From Phoronis australis (taxonomy: Eukaryota > Animalia > Phoronida): a stretch of 64,000 nt of DNA. The DNA is taken from assembly GCA_002633005.1 (NCBI GenBank), contig NMRA01000443.1, positions 56,251 through 120,250 on the forward strand. The letters are read 5' to 3'. The notes beneath the pieces are model-generated. The model ran no database searches and was not told where the DNA came from. It worked only from the letters and a program-made list of their open reading frames with translations. This document shows positions 52,701-64,000 of the stretch, piece by piece. The translations under genes were made by a program, and so were the position numbers. Positions within the stretch are counted from its first letter, which is position 1. Every line of letters starts with the position of its first letter.

Positions 52701-55700
52701 GGTTTGGAAATGATAAAAAATTATAGTTTTCGCAGTGGAGAAAAACTTTGGTTTGCTGCATAGCGGTGGAAGGGAAATTTTCCATTAAAAACTATCGTTA
52801 GCCCCACAGCGCTTTTTATGACATAGTGACATTTGAGTTGTGCGCCGAGCTACGGCAGGCAAGTGAGCGCTAACGAAATCAAATCAGTGTACAGCTGGTT
52901 ATATTTTCGTCTTTCTATCACCATACACTTTGATCCAATTAAAACTGCTCTATACTTGTACTAACTCCTTGTAGTGACGCCGATAACACCAGACCTGAGT
53001 TCCGCAGCGTAAGGTTCTCGAGTCCACGGAGTAATGTTTATCTCTTGTCTAACACCTAACAAGTTGTGTGAATGCGCGCATAGGCGCTGGCCCCGTCTCG
53101 GAGAATTCCCCACACTTCCAGTCTACCTCCCGCAATGTCTTACCTGCTAACGTAATTAGACAAGCTTAAACAGAACCTTTAATGACCGCTGACGGTAACC
53201 AGTGCAGACAGATGGACGATATTACATAAATCCCCAGGGAGAAATCTAATTTTCCAACTATCTGAACTCATCCCACAATCCATCATTCACAACAACGTGT
53301 AATTGTCTGACACACGTGTGCACCTGTTTTCTGCCAATTCTGTTGAAGGCTTCGCGCGGTAAGTCCGAGTCTAATTATATTTTACAGAATGTTAGAACAC
53401 AAGTTGGCAACATTCTCCTTGCGCTAACTCAACGCGTCTTTTTCCGCCAGAGGTCTCTGCCTGTGAGTACTGTGGTAAAGACTGCAAGTAGGGAGTGAAA
53501 ACGATTGAAAGGCTGTGCCTCTAAATTTCAACTTCGATCCAAGAAATTCAGTCCCGAACCAGTCAACACCAAACCCGCGGCGCACGTTCCATACCCGCCT
53601 CCAATAAGACCACACACGCGCCGAAAATACTACTGAACTGGTGAACAAACTATGTGCACGAATATGAAACTCCAAGTTCGGATCTGACTCAGTGTGGGGA
53701 ATCTCCTGGCGAAGAGTGCCACTACTACACTTAACCATGAGGGGTTGAGATACGACGAAATGCAGAAGCCGGGCCAGCGTTTTTGTGAAAGAATTCGGTG
53801 GTACCAAAGCAGGTGTAATCAAACGTGAAGTACAACTTGTATCAGCAACGATAATAATAAGCTTGGCATTAGATTAGAACATCGTAAGGAAGCATTTAAT
53901 CTATCGATGGATTTAGGGATACCACCCCCACCCCATCCCCTCTTCCCCCACGAATACGTTCACAATAACAAAACAAAAAAACGCCGAAAACATGTCGTGT
54001 TTAGGACATTTTCCCGTCGAAAATTGTAGATGCCCCTCAGGACATCCCAATTCCAACAGTGTAATCAACAAATACGAAGCACGTGAGTGTGTATAAAATT
54101 GCAAACTACCAACTCCTCACTCTGGATGCACCCTGAGCCCATGATGTGATCTCAAAACTCACACTAAAACTCAAAACTTAACCGATCAGAGAAAAGCCAA
54201 CATACGTTTCGACTAACAAATCACATGAAAATTAAGCACCCAGCTAGTATTCACAAGTGGCAAACTGGCAGGGCGAGGATTCCCTTCAAAATGTTACATG
54301 CTATACCACACAGTTGTATAGTGCGTCTTCAGTGATGTATAATACCAAATGTGCAATAGCACATGTAATTCAGGCAATTTCAAATTTAATGGGGGCGATT
54401 AATAAAACATGCCCTGGAGCAGGCTGCTGGTAGAATGAACGGCAAGGTATTGAACGTAGTGGCACCATTCTATGATCAATATAGCATTCATGTTGCAGTT
54501 TCAGGGTACAGGTTGTGTAGCAAAGAGCTTGGTTCACTAAGGTAGTTCTTAATATGACCTTGAAAACAGGACAAAACACAGCGTTGTACGAGACTAAGCG
54601 CCCCCACGAACGGCGTCACATTCACGACATGTTTATTCGCCAAAGTAGCCCGTTCCCTCACGCGGAGTTTGGTGTGACATAAACCTCTGGTGTCAAAATA
54701 CTGACCCTAAATAAGGTTGTATATACCGGAAAATACAGCAGGTCGTATACATTCGGAACCTAAATGTTATATTGTTACTTTTGGGAACCAGGCCTACAAA
54801 CTGAAAGTAAACCAGCGACATCGGCAAGGAGTCGCGAGGAAGAACATGGTACCAATGGTACTCGGGTTAATATATTTTGTAGATAAGCTGCGCCGAAATA
54901 AAATATGTTCACAGTTTCTTTATAGCCTTGTTTTTGTTTGACACTCTGGTTGACCTAAAATCCCATAATTTCTTAACTGTGGCTCCGAAAATTAGGTCCA
55001 TGAAGCTACTTTCTGAAAAATTCCGGATATAGGCTCTTACATACATGGCTGCCTAAATACGCGTTGTGCCTTATTCAGTCTGCAAATTAGAATTTTTAAA
55101 TGTGGTCAATTGAAAATCTACGGCCACCATGTATTGTATATATAGCCAGAGTTAGAACGAATTGTGTGAGTGAAGTACAGAACAAAACCACGTAAGTTGA
55201 TCAGGATGTTGATCAATGGAAACGATTATCGTGTCAGACTTGATGTTATATAACTCGTGCTTTTGCTCGTGATTATTAAAGAATAACAAGCCTTCTAATA
55301 AGTAACGGTCAATGACCACCAGAAATAATAATGCACACCATACATGAATCGTTTGAAACAATGGGGGTTGGGGGTGGTCGTGAAGGCCTGAAGCCAGTTT
55401 ACAGAAAATAAGGTCTAGAGCGAATGTGCTGTAACACACCAATTCATGGATACTAAAGATTTTAGTCTCGCATTAACATGTGATCAATGAGCTGTATTGT
55501 GTGTAGCTCATTGTTCTGATAGTGTTCGTCGGTTTTTGCACATGAAATTCCAGGATTTTCCATCAATTACACAAATGAACACAAACCAAGATGGCGAGAA
55601 CCTAATTCAAGGCTCACAGCTACAGCGACGGGACACGAATGTGTTTCAACGGCGAGGGATATTTTGTATTGATTTTATGTTTGCCAGGAAAATTAATTCA

Positions 55701-58540
55701 AATTCTGAAACGAGGCTAATTCACACATATAGTTTAACGCCTGGAGTTTATAGGTGAAGGGCAGTATTTTTGCGTGACTGGGCTCAGCATGTTTTTGAAT
55801 GCCAACGGCTGCATGGGCCTGGTTTCGACGAATCACAAGGATGGTTCATAGAAACAAAATGGACGCCAGACGCGCAGTCCAGGTGGGCTCCGAGTATTTT
55901 TACGAAAAGTCTTTAACTTATTTAAGTTTAGCTAAGAGTTGCAGATTACTGGGCCCTCTAATGCAAGGACTTCACCTCTCGATGTCGAAAAATGGTTGTA
56001 CTGAAGAAGCACCCATGGGCACAGGTTGGTCACATATCGGGCAATACTCGGACGATACCGTCAGTTGAGTTCAACCCAATGCCAACTAGTGATCGAGTGG
56101 TTTTTTTCTGTTCAGCTACACCGATTGACGATTTTTTACGCAGACACCCTCAGACGGCGCTCTCGATAATCGCCAATTGTCGGACGATATCACCAAGTTT
56201 GTGCCTCAAACTTATCGGGTCGTAACTCGAAATTTTACTGAGGCACCGCCACCCATATCTGACACACAAAAATAAAGAGAATGGTCTTTTCATTACTGTA
56301 CAGTATTTAATCAAGCCGCTGGTAGGCTAATGTCCATAACTTGGTAATGATTAATCGGATGAATCACGAACGCTGATGTCCTAGTGCTGGAACTGATGTT
56401 TATTGACGAGAGAGAGGTTGTTCCCCTTTTGCAATAGTTGTCATACGGAAGTCATCACTGGAGGCGAAATATGCCACAAGAAAACATTACACGGCATAAT
56501 CCACGCGCAATTATCACTTATGAAAATACGAAGCGCCAGAGTGTAACGAAAGGATTATATTTCAGACACTTTCACCTTATTAAGGCAAACGTTCTTCAGT
56601 TTCGAACAAAAAGGGCGGTTTTTGTTTTTCAAAGAGCTTCAAAGGCCCACAATTTTATCACGTGTTCTTTGATGAATCCTGCACAGTCAAACATGTAAAA
56701 CAGATGGTGTATTTTCTCAACATTTACATACTTTCTGACAAACGTAAAAAGGAATAGTGTGTGCAAAACAAGAGCATATTTATCGCCGATCCTGCACCTG
56801 GCCAACAAAAATGAGACACAAAATAGAAGTTCTCAAAAAATTACAAATCATCATGTCGTTGAAAATTAGTGAAATTTCGTAATAAAATGCTCAAGCCGAC
56901 TACGCCAGCCAATTCGTTTTTGATTATTATTATTTTCATATCGATACACGCCAAAACATTGTCGAATTCGCGACAAGTTACACGAGATCTCCTCCCAAGC
57001 AACGTGTGCATGAACCTTTATCCGCTCCTGATAACTTTCAACAACATTCCAACAACAAGGGGGTATACAGAACGACACATCCTCACAATAACATGAAACA
57101 GTTACAACAACAATAAAGCTTTTCATTACATAGACTATTACCAGAAATATTCAGCGGATATACCAAGCTCCCAAGCTAGCGGACGTTCAATTTTTAATGT
57201 AATTCTATGTCCGGAAAGAAATGCTAAAATTCATGTTTCACCAATAAAGTGTTGACTAAATAGGATTAACACCAATTAGCGATGTAAAACCAAAGTATTC
57301 AAGCATCGAGATTTGTTTCAACAGGGTAAAACTACAGCCGTGCACTAAAACATGCACAACAAACCAACAGAGCAAGCGCAACGATGAAATGAAAAGTGAA
57401 CATAGTGAATGTGGTGAATCAATTGAAAAGTTGGCCGAGCAACTGCAACAAGTAAAGTTTCTCAAAAATAGAAAATAGACCGTTAGTCGTTCTGACATGG
57501 CAAAAAATCCACTGATGCCTGTAAATTACGCCCTCATGTTTCGAAACCGTTATGTACAGTTTTTGCAATTACGCTAATACGCAAGATACGTCTGACACAA
57601 GTGGAATATTTTTAAAGCAGTAAACGGTTACGAAGAGAAAAGTACACTAAAATGTCTGTTTACTTCTACAAGGAATTTCAAATGACGGACGCAGCGATTT
57701 TAGACAAACACGTAACATAGGACATGTTACTTTTCTTGTCCTTTGTGCACAGAAAAATAAATTGGTCGAAATTAGCGAACCAAGCTCTGTAAAAGCTAGA
57801 CATCAAAATCGTATTTTTGGTATTTGAATAGTGCCCCACCACAAACTGAAATTGAGTAAGAGCGTTAACCGCGTACAAAGAGTAAATATTAGTTATTTGC
57901 TCACTAACAATTCAACATTGGGCCTTAAATATTTCATTGTATCAAATGTATGCATGCTATTTGTACAGTAAGAAAGAAGGTTTTCAAATAAACAGCTGGA
58001 GATTATTTGAAGTGGATACACAATGGCAACACAAAATTCAAAATTAAACTACAAAGTATCAGACTTTTTCACAAAAAGAAAAAATTAAATGATATATTGA
58101 AAGTAGTAGGTTGTTTTTCACCTAACTTGGCGTTGCTAGGTATTTCATGGTTGCATAACAGCAGAAGTCTATGGACGCCATTTGCACAACAAGAAAGAGA
58201 ATCCTTATAAACAGCTGCAAGTATCTGAGGGGGGAAATAAACCGTCAAATTGCACAATTTCAAAAAATGAAAAATTAATTAAACATTTATTTCCTCTAAA
58301 CTAACAATCATACAACATAACTAAGAAAATCGTCCTGTGTATCTGTACAATCAGGTTTCTCATCGATGATCAGTAGAAAAAAACACCATTTTGGCAAACA
58401 TTTCTTCTTTCCAGAAAAAAAAAGTTACTTCCACGACTATTTCATTGCATTAGTTTCCTCGAACCTGAAAATTGCATAAGTAAGATATATATAACGCGAA
58501 CGTTAAATCATACATAACAATCATAATAATGTAAACTTAC

Positions 58541-58850
58541 CTGGATTGAATTTCAGCATTTTGACGAGTTGTCGGTCACAACGTCACACAAAAGTCGCTG
58601 ATTTTCCCCGTCTTGACGAAGATACAAACAACACGTGTTAATCCACAAATGGGATGAAAGAAAATGGCCAAAGCTCGCAGACGGTTCTCTCGCGGAAAAT
58701 TCGCCCGGTATTGTGAAGTTGCCCAATGCAAACGTAATAACTTCCAATCAATAATATTACACAGTCGGCTTCAACGTAAGAGCGGGGTGGAGTGTCAGTG
58801 ACCGCGCGCGCTCAGCTGACGGATTAGGACGGACCCAATTGGCTACACCT
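58541..58850 (-). promoter_or_regulatory. Candidate promoter and non-coding first exon on the minus strand
   Basis: Perfect donor CAG|GTAAGT at 58541/58540. The CpG-rich patch at ~58780-58850 has a GC-box-like GCGGGGTGG and CCAAT/ATTGG. No ORF support. Confidence 0.35.
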
Positions 58851-60031
58851 GAGGAGAAAGCACGGACAATGTCCGGCTGGTTCGTGCTGTGTGCCCGGCG
58901 TGAGAAATAGAAAACACATGAAACAAGTATGAAATGAGCTAAATTTACATACAAACTCTACCGCTCATCTTATAAGACGATCTAGACTAAACGTTGCTGA
59001 AATTAAATTATGTCAGTACTAACAATAATATTCACACGCAACTAAAATGTTATGTTTTAGACCACGAACTTTTTTTGACTCGTTGTCAAAGTTTCTCAAA
59101 TTATATTGAAATAAACAATTTGCAAAAATATATCCTTCAATTTAGAAAAACTTGAATGACCAGTGGTAAATCGTAAGGTGATAAACAGCTGTAACACTTA
59201 TGAAATTTACCTATTACAATTCTATTCAATGACACGAAACAACGAACTTTCGGCCAGTGAGGAATTTGATATGGGCATAAACAAATTTCGTAACATCGTA
59301 TTTACAATGCAATCCCATGGGACTATTTCCTCAAACTCTCAACTATTCTTGGTCTTGCCAATGCCCGGGTCTGAAAGCCTCTGCATGTTTACAAATCCTT
59401 ACAACTCAAAGGCGCCATTTGCAACAGTTGCATAATTACAAGTATGATCGTCCAAAGAAGCCGTCCAAAATAACAATCTAAAACAGTGGGATAACTAATT
59501 CTCCAAGGTCACGTAAAAGTTACAGGGAGCAATGACTTGTGTTTGGTATTCACGTTATTAAACGATATAACAAGAGAGTTAGTCTAAGACGGGATGAGCT
59601 TTATCCGAGACTTCTGCAAGCCCGTAGCCAGCGTTGCGTATATTTGTGTGGGGGGGGGGGTTCGAATTTCTAAAACGGTGGACCTTTGATGTTTTGCAAA
59701 CGTCGACACTGTGGAGTTTTCGGTAAGGCCGTTGATACAACTTAATTGGGTGAAGAGAAATCTGTACATACAACGATGACTCTCAGCTCTATGAGATGAG
59801 ACGGAATAATTGGTAATACCAGAAATGAGGATGCCGTGACGGTTGTTCGCAAAAATGGAACTCAGATTCGGATGCAATGTGGTCCAGAAAGAGAACGTTC
59901 TCGCATTACCTCCTGCCAAACTTTCCAATAAGGTGTGCTTAAATGAGTGATTACACCTCATTACATACTCGGACGGAAAGATTTAGTCGGAGAATGACTT
60001 GACAATTTTTTTTATCTGGTTGTAGTTTTGC

Positions 60032-60928
60032 GGGTTATTTAAGTTGCTTAAGTGGGAACAGCCCACTAGGCCAATTTCGAAGGTTCGCTACCCCTAAGGT
60101 TCACTATTCCGAAAGTTCAATACTTCGAAGGTTCACAACTCCAGAGGATCACTCTTCCGAAAATAACTAAAATTTCGGATTCATGTGTAATTTATACACT
60201 TTTTACATGCAAAAATTCGCGATACGTCGGTTAATTAGATACACTGAGTGGTGTACCTGTACTGAAAACACTTTGGATTTTATGCGCATGTCTTAAGAAT
60301 GCGAAAATTGAGTACGTAAGCCTACTTGCATTTTTAAAAGTATGCGAAGCAGGAATAGTAATGAATTATCAACTACGATACATTCATCAAATTCATGTCA
60401 AGATCGCATCATTTCACAGCGCGACTGAAAAGTTTAGGGCCGCTGCGCCTCATCCTTGCCCAGGACCGGAACGACGCGCAAGGCCGGGTCGAAACTAAGT
60501 GTAGTTAGCAGCCCTGTCCCCGCCAGTCTCCACGAAGCAAGAGAGTCCCATCCAGTCTTGAATTTAAAACCGCCGTTGGTCGCCACAGCACTGACCCGTA
60601 CCCCAGATGTTGTCCCTGCTTGAGAATGAGTCGTTAGTTAGATTCAAGAATCACGATTGGCAGTGATAGGAAATGAGCTCATTAATTTGTATCAAATTGT
60701 TTTAAAAACTATTCAAGACACCTTTTAATGGTTACTAAATGGACACGCATACAATACTTTATTCGTGTCACTTCCGACTCATTAGCAGACAATCAAGTGT
60801 AATGAACTGTCGGAATTGTAGACATTCGAAATAGTGAACTTTTGAAGGTAGCAAACCTTCGGAGTAGTGAACCTTCAGAGTAGCGGACCTACGAAGTAGT
60901 TAACCTTCGGAAAGGTGGCATGTAACCT
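60032..60928. mobile_element. Non-autonomous element with inverted subterminal arrays of 16-bp repeats
   Basis: Units like TTCGAAGGTTCACTAC at 60076-60160 are mirrored by GTAGTGAACCTTCGGA units at ~60810-60910. Ends are GGTTA...TAACC. Confidence 0.65.
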
Positions 60929-61399
60929 TGGCAATCTTTTCCATCAAGTTTGCTGCTCGTATAAAGTTTTCGAGGCTGTGCACCATTGGCACTGACTGAC
61001 GAGAGACTTTATTCATTGGCCAACATTTTTATTAGGTCTATACTTACATTTCCCTAATAATGTGAACATGCTCAATGCAAGAAAACATGGTAGTTAAATG
61101 TCTGTTTTTAGTGACGATAGATGACTGCCTATAATGGTGAACACAAGCGCCACCTAACGATTCACAATTAAACCTTCATTCAGTGCTCATTGACCAAGTG
61201 TCTTTGATGACATATTGTTTACGCATGTCACTGTGGCAATCAGTAGCAGCGTTGTACACGGTTTTATCATAGAATGCGTCTGTAAAATATAACAACAAAA
61301 TTGTTCCAGTGCTTTTTATTGTAGCTTTGAAAACGACTACCAAAACCGCTTTGATGACGTGATGTGATAACCTTTCTAAAATCTATTGATCTGTTTACA

Positions 61400-61600
61400 A
61401 AAACCTCTAGCCCCGTACCGACACGAAGTTTTGACCGGTCATATCTCTGATCAACTTCAGGTGATACAGTGTTGTTAGAAGAGCGAGCATGGGTACATAC
61501 GTTTGAACTGTACCCATGGTGTATTATCTTCTCCTAGGGACAAGACGGGGTTTTAACCGACGTCCCTTCGGTTGGCAGCCCAGCACTCCAACCACGAAAC
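61400..61600 (-). mobile_element. tRNA-derived SINE-like fragment
   Basis: Minus strand reads GTGGTTGGAGTGCTGGGCTGCCAACCGAAGGGACGTCGGTTAAAACCCC, a degenerate tRNA-like head with a GCC anticodon-like loop, followed by a body containing a hairpin. Confidence 0.4.
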
Positions 61601-62429
61601 TCGGGGTGATTCAATGGGAAATGACGGACCGAAACGAAGGTTATCCACAATGAACAGAGTCACGCGTAGTTATCAACGTCGCTTGTTCAAACCGTATCAC
61701 TTTTGATTGTTCGTTGAGAGTTTATTGGTGTACTACGGTATTTCCTTGGCCAAACCACAAATTCCACTTTCCACGGAGTCAAACCCGAAATGGCCATGTT
61801 CATAGATAGCAAGTGATTGAAACTGTTGCGGTTTTGGCATCCAAGCGTAGAAATAAATACATTCCATGGTTTGAAAAATTAAAACTTTTGTCGAAAAATA
61901 CTCTTGGTGTAGGCCACTCATCATTATACAACCGATCCTTTCGCCGAAAACTGCGATTGCAGCCCTCCCCCAACTTCATGCGACATCTTAGATCAGCTAA
62001 GAAAACCCCCGCTTAAGATACCGTTTTTTTCACGAAAACAGAAGTGGTGTAGATAATCAGTAGCGGGTGAACCTAACAGAAGTAACGTTCGTGCCCACGT
62101 GACACACATAAATGATATTCTTGGAAATTTTCAGATCATGTTGTCTTTCGTAACAGGAAGCGACAGGGAAATGTTTTGACAAAGTTTGTGGCTTCTAACC
62201 CCCCAACCTCTTGCAAGTTTACTTCCTTGGTTTGCATGACGACGTATTAACCTCAATTACAAATGCGGCAGAGTACCTCCGGTTGTCGTTAACACGAGCA
62301 CTGGTTAGGAAGGCGTTTCGAATCCTTTTAAAATTTTCTTTACACTTTGGCATTTTTGGTCAGGTATTATTTTAAATAACTGAAAAGATCTGAGTAGAAG
62401 AGAAAAGAACACCCGTCGTGTTGGTGGGA

Positions 62430-63256
62430 AAGCAAGATCAACAACTGTGAATATGAGTACTAGGTGGTGCAAACTAAGGAGAATCCATCCGAAAACGCAA
62501 GCATAGCGTCATCTCAATAATAGATACCTATATGCCAAATTTTATGAAAATCCCTTGAGGACCTTTGAAGATACAGAGGTAAACATAAAAGAACAAAAAT
62601 TGCTACTAGGGGGCACACCGGTAGTCAGATCCGTTGGAGAGACCTGGTCGTTTGTTGCCAATATCACATAAATACACTTGCTAAATTTAATAAAGATCCT
62701 GCACACGGTTTAAGAGATCCAGCCATAGGAGGAAAAAACACAACTACCACTAGGAAGCGCCACAGTCGTTGAAGTCGTCGGAAAATCATCATGGGTTGTC
62801 TTCTTCATAGTAAGAACACACATGCCAATTTTCACAATCATCCTTAGAGCGGTTTGGTTGATAGAGGGGTGGACGCCAAAAAACAGACTCAAAAACAATA
62901 AAATTGGCCACTAGGTGGGGCAAGCTAAGTCGAATCCACCCAAAAACAGAAGGATAGTGTCATCTCACTAAAAGATGCATATAGGCCAAATTTTATGGAA
63001 ATACATTGAGTACCCTTGAAGATAAATAAGAAAACGTAAAAACCTAAAACTGCCACTAGGGGCACACCGGTAGTCGGATGCGTTAGAACGTTTGCTCATG
63101 CCGTTCCATCCATGAAAGGAACACACGTGCAGAATTTCATGAACTTGAGTCAAAGGGTCTTGGAGATACAGCAGCGAATGCCAGATGGATGCCGTAGGGA
63201 CGGACAGGGATGACGGCATAATGCGTCCACATATTAGTTTGTGGACGCATAATAAA
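62430..63256 (+). mobile_element. Helentron-associated (HINE/pearl-like) non-autonomous element
   Basis: Diverged internal tandem repeats (CCACTAGGGGGCACACCGGTAGTC.GAT; CCAAATTTTATG), a GGAC-type microsatellite seed at ~63198, an 11-bp-stem hairpin ATGCGTCCACA...TGTGGACGCAT at 63221-63250, then an A-rich end. Confidence 0.65.
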
Positions 63257-63476
63257 AGGGTGCGGTCGCCAACAAAGTCTGGATAAAAGAGAGCCTTTCC
63301 AATTTAATCCCCTAAAAACATTCACTTTGGTAGTTCAAAATACTTTGAAATGTTTCTTTTTCCAACTACATAAATCAACAGTATTTCTAACATTGCCAAT
63401 GTTTTTAAAACTTTGGTCATTTTAGGCAACATGTCACCTCCTCTTGTACTGATTCAGCCATAATGGGTTGAAAGAT

Positions 63477-63633
63477 CAGGGGCGGATCCAGGATTTTGAG
63501 TTAGGGGGGCCAGGGCAGCATATTAGTCAGGATTTTGCCTGTCACACATTCGCACCTCCGAACTGCCCAATGGAATCTGGGAGAATTTTAGGGGGGCGAT
63601 GGCCCCCTTGACCTCCCTCTAAATCCGCTATAG
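63477..63633. mobile_element. Short MITE (CAGGGGCGGATCCAGG...AAATCCGC type)
   Basis: Degenerate terminal inverted repeats with G/C-tract interior and an imperfect GAA(A)GAT flanking duplication. Confidence 0.55.
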
Positions 63634-64000
63634 AAGATAGCTGCCCAAAAATCACTATGAAAGTTTATGCAAATGACTACAAAATGGTGATCAACTGGAA
63701 CAAAACACACATATCATGACAGTGGCAAAGGTTCTTCAAATAAACTTAATCAGGGCAACCAATGCCAGGCACTTTTTTCATTTTTCAACTAAAGGGCTCA
63801 AGTCACCTACAATCTACAACCAGACTTAAAGGCGAAGGCAACCTTTTTTCATGTCATTTTTAGCAAAAATAAGGTTCGTTGGTTATCCCAGACAAATTTT
63901 ACACTTAATTATAATTTTTCGTAATTTAATTAATTACTCATCCTCTACTCTGGAAGTGACGTTTTGGGAGGCAAGAATTTTGCGCTTATTTGGCTCTGCA

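Noticed and set aside
44000-59960. Many 60-130-aa ORFs (for example 48918-49286, 53424-53822, 59584-59961)
   Set aside because: No recognisable motifs, frequent non-ATG starts and no phase-consistent exon chain; consistent with chance ORFs in intronic or intergenic DNA.

Overview
This is eukaryotic genomic DNA: AT-rich, with GT-AG introns, MITEs, SINEs, a LINE remnant and minisatellites. It is probably from a marine invertebrate (lophotrochozoan-like), which is an inference only. There are no prokaryotic operons, rRNA or CRISPR arrays. Genes rebuilt by hand from splice sites and reading phase: (1) two tandem TMEM26-family paralogs on + (last exon only at 3595-4338; a complete 3-exon gene at 7379-10752); (2) a 6-exon secreted, His-rich extracellular Cu/Zn-SOD-like gene on + (22495-28928) that has lost the Cu ligand His120 and the catalytic Arg143, with a 36-bp minisatellite that amplifies one of its splice donors; (3) two tandem paralogs on - (43658-40495 and 39095-35644) encoding type-I membrane proteins with a 10-Cys chitin-binding peritrophin-A (CBM14)-like ectodomain and a cytoplasmic tail carrying conserved tyrosine motifs (ENPEY, HEYQKL, YxNG). 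Gene set (3) is the best candidate for an undescribed receptor system. The 33315-35379 copy of the 3' half of the second receptor joins at a single N and is most likely an uncollapsed haplotype. There is a 768-N gap at 30824-31591. I found no supportable coding exon in 44000-64000.
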